Below are positions 25,155 to 34,260 of a stretch of DNA of 64,000 nucleotides, in pieces. Location of the stretch: assembly GCF_016432865.1 (NCBI RefSeq), contig NC_067399.1:124496001-124560000 (forward strand). Direction: 5' to 3'. Below the pieces are notes generated by a model. It worked only from the letters and a program-made list of their open reading frames with translations, was not told the origin of the DNA and did not search any database. Each line of letters opens with the position of its first letter. Within the stretch, counting starts at the first letter, position 1. The stretch is from Antechinus flavipes. Lineage: Eukaryota. The position numbers were made by a program, and so were the translations under genes.

Positions 25155-25330
25155 TAACTGTGTGCTGGTAAATGTTTAACAGATATTATCCATCATTTTC
25201 TTAAGTCAAGGAAACTAACAAAACAATAAGTCAAATACTGATTTATAGTGCTTGCCAATTTCCTGGGTGTAAATGTTCCCATTAAAATTTAATAATTAAG
25301 TGACATTTGAACTGACTCCAGCATATCCTT
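25155..25330 (+). mobile_element. Degraded non-autonomous hAT-type DNA element
   Basis: 'tgtgctggtaaatgtttaaca..ttgccaatttcctgggtgtaaatg..ctccagcata' is the same family pattern as 39815-40064. Confidence 0.4.
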
Positions 25331-25667
25331 GCATCTGGGTCTCTGATTGCTTCCACTGTATATTCTCATTTCCTTCTAATGATTTTTTTTTAACATGATC
25401 TCAAGACTCTTCTATATCTTAGTTACCAGCTTTGAATTTTCTCTGGCTTATAGATGTCCTTCCTGAAACATGACCCCCTAGAACTGAACACAATATTACA
25501 TTGAAGTAATATAATGCTACATTAAAAGATGTAAGTTTTTGAGGAGGGGAAGATGTTTTATTTATCAGCAGAAGTTGGAAAAATTACATGAGCAGAAGGT
25601 CAGTAATGAAATGGAGTAAATTCTTCTTAGTTTGATTCAATTATTCTTAGTCTGACTTATTACTCAT

Positions 25668-25670
<3 letters not shown>

Positions 25671-25702
<32 letters not shown>
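25671..25702. repeat. (CA)16 microsatellite
   Basis: Directly visible; other CA tracts at 22439-22462, 28954-29002 and 55808-55840. Confidence 0.95.
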
Positions 25703-25704
<2 letters not shown>

Positions 25705-25739
25705 CATATATACTTATAATTCCCTTTCACACACCCTTT

Positions 25740-26190
25740 TGATCCAGCCAAAATTTACCTTCTTGCCATTCCTCATGCAATGCACTCTGTTTCTCATATC
25801 ACTATATGATATCTATTTTGAGAAAGTATCTAAGCCAGCTATCCTTCACTACTATCTCCAGATTTGCCACCATATCTTTGTTGCCCTCTCATTTTAGAAG
25901 ATCCCTCCACTTTTGTGGCCTGTTTATCCTATTGGTCAGTACTTCCTAGAAGTTACATTTTGAGGAAGTTTCAAAGTTACCCATTTTTGACTTTTACTCT
26001 TTGACTTCTTCCTCTTCAAACTTTGCCACCAATACTCCCCCCCTACTGTGTTCCTTTTATGTGTTCTCTCCCCATTAGAATGTAAATTCCTAGAGATAAA
26101 GGAATGACTTCGTTGTTGCTTATTTTTATAATCCTGTCACTTAGCACAGAATCTAGCACACAGGAAGTACTTAATAAATGTCTGTTAACT
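25740..26190 (+). mobile_element. L2 3' fragment
   Basis: 'tcttgccattcctcatgcaatgcactctg..ctcccattagaatgtaaattcctagag..cttagcacagaatctagcacacaggaagtacttaataaatgtctgttaactga' L2 3' end pattern. Confidence 0.6.
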
Positions 26191-28879
26191 GATTTTGCAA
26201 AGACTGTCCCTCATGTCTGGAATATACACTCTTTTTTCTCTTGGAATCTCTAATTTTTCTCAAAGCCCATTTAAATCCACATCACCTACATGAGGTATTT
26301 TGTAGTCTCTCCATCATCAAGGTAATTTGTATTTATTCCCAACCCCCCCAAAAAAATTGGTTTGTGTTTATTTGTTATATATTATAATAGCTCTTTACAA
26401 AGCTATATGTTATATATTTTTGGTATACATTTGTGTGGATAGATGTGGTTTCCCTGTTAGAATTAAATGTTAATTAATTAATGTTTTATTGTCTCTATTT
26501 AAATTATTTAAATATTTAAATTTATATTTTATTCTCTGTATTTTCATTGCCTAGTACAGTGCCTGTCACATAGGTATTCAAGAAATGTTTCTTAATTGGT
26601 TGATTGATTCATAATGGAACAGAGGTTCCAGAGACCTAATGAAAGAGTAGATAATGAAAGAAGATAAGGAAGGATAGAGAGACTTAGATTAACATGGAGA
26701 GGTAACTAAAGAAAAGGATTTTTACCCCTGCGGATGATTGGTTCTAAACCACAGAACCTAAAAGAGTTGAAGGTAAGAATTTGTTATTCAAGAGACTGAG
26801 AGAATAGTAACCAGAGGTATAAACTTAAGTAGTCCCCAAGATTTTAATTAAAATGTTGGTGTGAAGACATCTCTTCAGATAATATGTCCCAAGATAGGAC
26901 CTTACCTCATTTGCTCTTGGGACAGAAAAAGTTTATGGTGACAAAGAGCTTTTGGTAGCTCTCTAGGTTGCCTGAGATATAGCTAAGTGTTCTCTAGCCA
27001 TCTCATTTATCTTGGTTTTCATCTTATATTGCCACCCACTGCACATTAACCAAACCACTTTTGTTCTATTCTTCCCAGTCTCAAGATAAAACAAACCAAA
27101 AACCACACAACTAAGCTATTAAAAAAAATTAAGTTCATTTACAATCCAAAGGGTGAAACTTGAAAAGAAAGTAAAACCTTCCCTTAAAGCTATTCCCCGA
27201 TCCCCACAAAAACCTCTTTTCTCTTTCTCTCCCTCCTTCTCACACTTCTGCAATCCCCCTAAACTAACAGGCAAACTTGAGCTAAAAGCTTAACACTAAA
27301 GGCACATTGTTATTCCTTTCTCAGAAGAGCTTTTGATGTAGAGGTTTTCAGTGACACCTTTCTGGGAAACATTTCCTTGGTTGAATGAGGAAATACTTTG
27401 CTCACTTTTACAATAGGTGATAATCTTTTAGAAACCCTTGACTTTGCTTCTCATGATCATCTTGTGTCAATGCTGCTTTCTGTCCCAAATTTATCCAAGA
27501 GAGAAAAAAGTAAGGAAGTTATTTTCTTAAAATTTAAATATCTATTTGCAAGGTCTAAAATTGAAAATGCTGAAAAATAGCAAATGGATCAAAGAAAAGA
27601 TCAAAGGAAAATTAATTTCTAGACTTATGCTGGTAGAGAATTTGAAACCAAATGTTGATTAATCCATAGAGATGGATAAAATCCCCTTTTCTGTAGCACA
27701 AAAAAACCCAAACTAGAATTTACCCTGTTCTATTATATAGAATCTAGAATGACTTGGATGAGAACTTAGAACATAGTGCATAGACTGTCAAAGATAAAAT
27801 GTAGTCTAGAACAGAAAGATTTTAGGACATAAAATGTCAAAGATAAAAGGAATCTTTGGAGGATAAAAAGACAAAATTTTAGATTCTGAAATAACTTTGA
27901 AACAAGAAACATATCATCAATCAATTATCAAATATTCATTAAGTACCTAATGTGCCAGCCAACCACTGTATTAGACTCAAAGAATACACTTTAAAAAAAA
28001 TGAAACAGTCCCTCTCTCAAAAAATTTACACTCTAGGGGGTGGGAAGTTGCCACCCCCCCCCTTAAATGTGAGTTTTGAGAGCACAGATAGTCTTTTGCC
28101 CCTTATCAGATCTCTAATCCATAATGCATAGTAGGCACTTAATATATATATTTGTTAACTTGGGAAGACAATGTGTACATGTACATATGTATCCAGAATA
28201 AATAAATAAATAGATATAAAATAAATAAAAGATCATTAAATAGAAGGTAGTTAGGAAGACGGGTATTAGCAGAGGATAGGATCAGGAAATACTCCATAGA
28301 ATGGGTTGCTTGAGTTAAATTTTGAAGGCAAAAGAGGGATTCTTTGAGGCAGAGTCCCATATATTTCAGGAAGAGAGGATAGACTGCTCAAAATTTGCAG
28401 AGATGAGATATGAAAAATTGGGTTTAAAGAATAGCAAAAAGCACAGTTTGGTTGAATAATGGAGTATGAGAAAATTGAGTAATGACAAGTTGATGACAGA
28501 TTATGATGGGCTTTGAATGGGAAAAGTTTGATATTTCTTCAAAGTAAACTATACATTAATGAATCTATAGGATTAGGTTCCCATTTTCCCCTGCCTGTCC
28601 TTCCTGGTGAACAATCCCCAGAATATGGGTAGACAGAACAATTCTGGGAATGTATAGAACAAACTGATCTAGTCTATATCTACTCAGCCCATATGTTGAG
28701 AACACATATCTCAGGGTCAGAAAAAGACATACCTTTGTTTCAATTTGAATTTATGTGTTGTTTCCCAGTTTCCTACTGATCTAGCACCTGTTTTCCCAGC
28801 CAGTGTCAGATTGTTTTAATGATTGATGCTTCTTAATATAGTTGTGTTTTTTTTTTTTAAGAGCTTTTGTGCTTAGAAT

Positions 28880-28951
28880 GTAAAGACACATTTTCAGCCA
28901 AGGAAAATGAGCCAGAAAGGAGGATGAGGGAAATTAATATTGAATCAGGGG

Positions 28952-28999
<48 letters not shown>

Positions 29000-29151
29000 A
29001 CATATATATTGCTTATGATGCTTATGCTGAAGGCATCACTTTTACCTCTTGTATAGTGAAAGTGATTCCTGCTTCTCATGACAAATGAATAAAACTTTTT
29101 CTTTATACCTGAGAGATCTATGAAATGTATTGGCGGATTATGTACCACACA
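28880..29151 (+). mobile_element. 5' LTR (at least R-U5) of a tRNA-Pro-primed class I ERV
   Basis: AATAAA at ~29088 and CA end at 29151, immediately before a Pro PBS; the 5' boundary (tgtaaagac at ~28880) is uncertain and includes a CA microsatellite. Confidence 0.55.
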
Positions 29152-29154
29152 GTT

Positions 29155-29172
29155 TGGGGGCTCATCTGGGAT
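29155..29172 (+). promoter_or_regulatory. Retroviral primer-binding site, tRNA-Pro
   Basis: tgggggctcatctgggat vs canonical TGGGGGCTCGTCCGGGAT, 16/18; both mismatches are CpG-type transitions. Confidence 0.85.
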
Positions 29173-29331
29173 CATGGGATCATTGGGGATCACCAGCTAT
29201 TGGAACTTGGCAAAAGATACTCCACCCAATTTCAGCAATTTGCCATAGGTGAGATTCCTTGTTGCCCCCTCACCCCACTTTGAGCAAAAGTGACCCAAGC
29301 AGAGAGACTCAGTATAAAATAAAAGTAAATC

Positions 29332-29611
29332 TGTATTTTAAAATCAGCTAGAGTCAGGAATTCAGGTTAACATCTTAACATAAGCTGATGTAGCCCCACT
29401 CACTCTTTGTGCAAGTTTTAATGTGTCATATAGGAAATGACATAGAGACGATTTTGGTAGGTGGAGGGAGAGAGGCAGAGAGACTGGTGGCCAGGTTCGT
29501 GTCGCGGCTGCTCACACTTCCTGTCACCATCCCCCTTCACCTCCCCAAAGAATAAAGATCGGGAATTTTCCCTTAACCTGAATTCCTGACTCTAGCTGAT
29601 TTTAAAATACA
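29332..29611. repeat. Perfect 39-bp inverted repeat (arms 29332-29370 and 29573-29611)
   Basis: tgtattttaaaatcagctagagtcaggaattcaggttaa is the exact reverse complement of ttaacctgaattcctgactctagctgattttaaaataca; 202-nt spacer. Confidence 0.95.
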
Positions 29612-29620
29612 TGATCATCA
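29371..29620 (+). mobile_element. 5'-truncated 5' LTR of a betaretrovirus-like (class II) ERV
   Basis: AATAAA at ~29551, ends ..atcatCA at 29620, followed by a Lys-type PBS and gag; body resembles the solo LTR at 39029-39428. Confidence 0.75.
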
Positions 29621-29624
29621 TATT

Positions 29625-29643
29625 TGGTGCCCAAGCATGGGAA
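29625..29643 (+). promoter_or_regulatory. Retroviral primer-binding site, tRNA-Lys type (degenerate)
   Basis: tggtgcccaagcatgggaa resembles TGGCGCCCGAACAGGGAC / TGGCGCCCAACGTGGGGC; the isoacceptor cannot be resolved. Confidence 0.65.
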
Positions 29644-29763
29644 CCAAGGACCCTACTTTCACTGAAGAAGTCTCCGGTGACCAGGAAATTAGATGAGTAT
29701 TTTAATAGACAAACAGGGAACTTACTTTCTTAAGGACTAAACTAGTAACCTTTTCTGGCTGAA

Positions 29764-30691
29764 ATGGGACAGATGTTAGGAAAAGATTCTCCTCCATCTC
29801 CTCCCCCCATCCCCGCCCCAGAGTGGTACTATGAGAAAGCATGCTTAAGCTGATAGAAGGACAAGGGCTACTTATAACTTGGGAACAGATTGCTAAACTT
29901 CTGGGTACATTAAAACGCACTTCCCCTTGGTTCTTAGAGGAAGAGCAAATCTCTCCAGATAATTGGACTTTAATAGGACAACAGCTTTCTCAATATAACA
30001 ATGAAAAAGGTCCTCATTCAATTTCCATCGAGGCATGCTATATATACAATATAATACAGTTGGCCTTAAAGAATCCTACAAGTTATAGAAAAAAGAAAAG
30101 TTCTAGGAATAGCCAGATGAGGAAGCCTGAGGAAAAGGAGGAAGACAATGAACAAATTAATGACCATATCCCCACAGGGCATGGAAATTTAAGTGAGGCT
30201 CAAGGGTGTGGTGAATTTCTATCACATGAGGCAGCTTCAACCCCATCTAAGTGTCAGGTAATTGACTCTCCTCCATCAACTCCATCTTCCAGAATGGAGG
30301 GAGGAGGAGTGGGGGGGGGGGGGGGGAAGGGAAGAGTGACAGCACCAGCACCTCCCCCCAGCATCAAACTGCTCCTATGAGTAGATTGCAAAAGACACTA
30401 CTCAAAGCCACAGAAGATGTAACTGAGCTCCGACCTCACATTTTTCCTGTGATTTAACAGTTTAACTCTTCAGGTCAAGAAAGTAGAAAATAAGCTCCTT
30501 TTGATATAGAAATCCTCAAAGACCTGAAAAAGGCTTGTTCTCTTTATGGGGCTACATCAGCTTATGTTAAGATGTTATTACAGAATTTGGCTTTTGAAAT
30601 CTTAACCCCTAATGACTGGAAATCTATAGCAAGGGTATACTTAGAACCTGGACAAAACTTGTTATGGCTTTCTGAATATAGTGAGCTCTGT
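29764..30691 (+). pseudogene. gag: Betaretrovirus-like gag pseudogene (matrix + spacer + capsid N-terminal part)
   Basis: Starts MGQMLGKD (Gly2 myristoylation position) at 29764; frameshift near 29830; matrix-like LLITWEQIAKLLGTLKRTSPWFLEEEQISPDNWTLIGQQL in ORF 29841-30380; second frameshift near 30365; two TAA stops; then 30494-30691 encodes APFDIEILKDLKKACSLYGATSAYVKMLLQNLAFEILTPNDWKSIARVYLEPGQNLLWLSEYSELC, typical of betaretroviral p24/p27 CA NTD. Confidence 0.9.
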
Positions 30692-30911
30692 CCTTATCCT
30701 GGCTTTGTCTAAAATGGAAGCAGCCCTGATATGTTCTAAAGAGAAAGAGAAAAAACTGGAAGACATTGGAACAATAAAAATCCCCTGAAGAGTATTGGCA
30801 ATTAATTGATGGGAGAAGAATGCTAAATAAGATCTTGATTGTATTGTATTAGGAAAGCCATTGGGTTGCTCAAACAAGGTGTGATATCTTTTCAGAAAAT
30901 GTGGCTTTATA

Positions 30912-31604
30912 GGTAACGAGGGGAGCCTGAAACTGAAGGGGAACCCCAAAACTCTCTGAAAACTCCTTCAAGGAAAAATTGTCCTTGAACCCTGCCTCTG
31001 TGAGACCCGCCCCAAGGAACCAAGATAAAGTGGTTTATCTTGGTAGGACTAGTTGAAGTAATCTCATTTAGCTAGACATCTAGATTTCTATTGACCCTTA
31101 TTGTTGGCTCAAAATCACTCCCAGTAAGTAATCTCATCTAGGCCTGGGGGCAGCATTGAGGGAATCTCATTCCATTGAAACTTCTGTATTAGATTTCCTT
31201 AGAAAAATGTCAATTTGGGGCTCAGTCCTGGCAGAGGACCTAATATGCCATGTCATGTATAGCAGCAACCTCTGCTCGCTGGAATGATATTCTCTTTCAA
31301 TGTTACCCTCTCATTATCTGTCTCACCTATTTCCCTAACAGATTTTAGACCTCTCTGGGGGGATTTCTCTACTACAAACTTTACTTCTCTGTCAGACCTT
31401 GCCACTAAGGAATTCAGTCTTTCTATTCATGCATAGCAAAGTCTGACTTCCTAATGCCAATAATTAACTTCTTTTTATCAGTCTAGCTTTTCAGGTTCAT
31501 AAATTCCTTTACAAAGGATCTCTGCAACTCCAGAAGAGGGGTTCCCAAAACTCCCTACCCATGTGCCAGATCCTAAGGGGATTTAGGGGAGCCAAACCTC
31601 TTCA
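30912..31604 (+). mobile_element. 5' LTR of a third ERV (class I, Glu-primed)
   Basis: LTR-like body with TATA-like 'tgtatagc' (~31257), variant poly(A) signal 'aataattaacttcttttt' (~31459) and U5 ending 'aacctcttCA' at 31604 just before the PBS; 5' boundary approximate. Confidence 0.65.
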
Positions 31605-31606
31605 TG

Positions 31607-31625
31607 TGGTTCCCTGAACCCTGAA
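31607..31625 (+). promoter_or_regulatory. Retroviral primer-binding site, tRNA-Glu type
   Basis: tggttccctgaaccctgaa vs TGGTTCCCTGACCGGGAA (first 11 nt exact); degenerate copies follow at ~31647 and ~31684. Confidence 0.7.
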
Positions 31626-34260
31626 CCTGCCACAAATCTCATCATCTAACTCCCTGATCACCAGGAACCCTAATCTTATCATTTTAGTTCCCTGAATCTA
31701 ACTCATCATAGGGATATCTGCAATTACCACACCTTTAAAAGAAATAGGCATTTCTGTGGATCTAAAACTGGTCAATTTGAGTCTGCAGAAATAATTAAAA
31801 GTTACGGAACTGTTAAAAACATTTTTAGTAGACTTCTGGGGGTTTTGAGAATAAGTTTTAAGTTGCTTGGCACTATCAGCTAAATTGAGTGAGTCTATTG
31901 TGTTTTTAAGTAGTCCTAATTTACATGATTAAAAGCCTTCTGAGGGAAACTGACAAAGCAAGGGAAAAAACTTGGCATTTCTGGGATTTTCCATGCTTTT
32001 CAGGTTTGTAGAATTTATCTTGCTTAGGGAAGTATCCCTGGCTGGCCTGAATTCATTTGGGGTTTGTGCTAGTGCCCCAACATCTTTGACATGGGTTCCC
32101 CTACCCAGCATTTCTGGCACAAAGGATAAGATAGTCACTGGGCCACAGACATGTAGCTGGACACTTGGGTCCAAATTTATCCCACCCTCTTCCCCCAGGG
32201 ACCTAAAGTCTGCCAATTTCTTAAAGCCCTGTAGTCAAGATTTGAAAGGGCAGACCTTAGGAAGTAAAGATTGCTGATCCAGACAACACCTTTGGAGTTT
32301 GTAATTCCAGGTGAGCTAGGAGTAAGAAGAACCTTATCAGATGTTATTGATGACTGAGATTGTGGTCCAGAGGCTGAGAAGAGGTGGACTTTACACCAAG
32401 ACTAAAGAACCTGTGGAGAAACCTCAAGAATGTACTGTTGAAGACAATTTATAAGCTGTAAAAACTGACTTTGCATCAGGGCAATTACTATTTTGACAGC
32501 CCTGGGAAAAGAGTTTGTTTTATAGTCTCCAAACAAGAAATGAGTTTATTGATAATCTACAAGTTAATTATATAAAAATTATTTTTAATGCTTATCTCAT
32601 ACCAGAATGAATTTTTATTATAAAAAGGATCAAAGATGTTAAGTGAAATCTCTTATGTGTGTGAAGTTTATCAAATTTTGTTTTAATTGATTGTATTGGG
32701 TCATTTTAAAGTTGTACCTATTATTTAAAGGGACTCTGAGAATAATAGTTTTTGCCTTTGTCCCTTTGAACATGTTTCTGGTATAGACAATATGCAATTT
32801 AGAGTTTTTTTATGTATTGAACATTTTAAAAACAAAATGATTTGTGTAATAGTGAATTTAAAACCATCTACTTAGATATGAAAGGTAGGCTTGAACTTTC
32901 TAGAATGAATCTCTTACTGTTATCAATGTAAGGTCATAGTCAATATCTATTTAGGATATGTGATCCTTGAGAGCTAAATTAACCTGAAGCTGTGATTAAT
33001 GAGATTTGCTATTTGAGATAAAATCTCTTGGGACTGTAGCTGATATTATTGGAGTTTTAAATTCAGGTTTGACTATCTGATGGATCATCAAGTCAGTGAC
33101 CTACCATCTGAAAGGAATATGCCACAAGCTACCCAGGAGAATGTGATCCTGAATTGTTCCCCTTCTGGGCTAATAAAGCCAGAGATAATAAGGGCCACCT
33201 CCAACCTAAACTTTGCCTCTGGAAGTTAGTATCTAGGCAAAAGTTGTGAGGATAACCTTGACCTTCACTTAAGGTAAGATCCGTCTGACTCATTTTCTCA
33301 GTGGTATACTTTTGAATAATTACACACCTGATTATTCCTGAGTCTGGCTTAAAGTGGAATTGTTACTATATGATTAATTGAAAATTGGGACAATTATCTG
33401 AAGTAAAACTGAGTTAAGAATGCTTTATCCTGTATCATGTATATGCTCTCAGAACCAGTTTTGGTGCTATTTAAATCAGGCCCCTGCCTTTTTTTCTCTT
33501 AAAACAAGTTTTTATGATCAGTAGAAACCATGAACACAATTCAAAAAATATGTAGTCATTATATCCTAAAGTAGTTAAATGAGTATTTGGCCTCTATTTG
33601 TCATCTATTTGTTGCTAAATGCATATATCTGTTTATTTATTTTAACATTCCTGTTGTTGCTGACTTTTTTGGTAGATATCTTTATTTTTGGAAGGTTTCC
33701 TACTCCAATTATTGGGGACATAACTGATTGGGATGGTAGATGGCCTTACTACCTAAGCTCAAGAAATAAAACTCCAGTCAATAAAAAAGAGATGTCTGTG
33801 GAAGGCTATCATCATAGCATTTGGTAGGGTCCTCCTATTCCCAATCTGTATTATCCAAGGTAATTAGAATAAAGGGCAAGGAAGAGAGGAAATTGTCTGG
33901 GTGATTTCATAGCTAATATTCCCATGACAAGAGACTATGTTTCCAGGAGAAAATACTGACTATTGGCTTGGTAAAAGAAATTACCAAGAATATTAGGAAA
34001 CTAGTGCATGCTCTGGTACATACTTGAAACTCTCCCTTTGGCACCTCATGGTGGTCCTTTGATTCTCCTTGGTAGCCTTTAGTAGACTTATTTCACTAGT
34101 CATCTGTTTATCCTACTTAATTCAGTTAATGACCCAAGTACCTCAGGATAGTCTTAACAAGATGCTGGTTACTTCCAATCAAACCTGGATGCTAATCTTG
34201 AAAGGACAAGGATGGATTCCCCTCAACATGTCATGAGTTTATCCCCTCTCCTAGAACATG
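31626..34260 (+). mobile_element. Decayed internal region of the Glu-primed ERV (no recognisable gag/pol; no 3' LTR)
   Basis: Leader-like sequence with donor CAG|GTGAGC at 32310/32311, long non-coding stretch, env remnant near the end; gives way to a SINE at ~34262. Confidence 0.55.
33690..34120 (+). pseudogene. env: env remnant, ERV3/HERV-E-like TM region
   Basis: 33968-34027 translates LVKEITKNIRKLVHALVHT* (TGA where Trp is expected), resembling the recalled ERV3-type TM motif IKEITAKIQKLAHIPVQTW; upstream IIGDITDWDGRWP and ARKRGNCLGDF loosely echo IGNWKDNEWPP and AAEGGVCGKF. Confidence 0.55.

Noticed and set aside
30311-30326. G16 run in gag as a possible phase-variable frame switch
   Set aside because: The frameshift to the capsid frame fits better near 30365, and the capsid frame has two TAA stops anyway, so changing G number would not restore Gag.
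29841-30380. 179-aa open gag matrix ORF as a possible domesticated or restriction gene
   Set aside because: The true MGQ start (29764) is out of frame, a second frameshift and two stops separate it from capsid, and nothing indicates selection. Treated as a pseudogene.
31019-31044. 11-bp stem hairpin accaagataaa-gtgg-tttatcttggt
   Set aside because: Short, inside an LTR, and within chance expectation for 64 kb of AT-rich DNA.
29155-31625. tRNA-like sequences as tRNA genes
   Set aside because: Only ~18-nt complements of tRNA 3' ends directly after LTR termini, i.e. primer-binding sites; no cloverleaf or A/B boxes.
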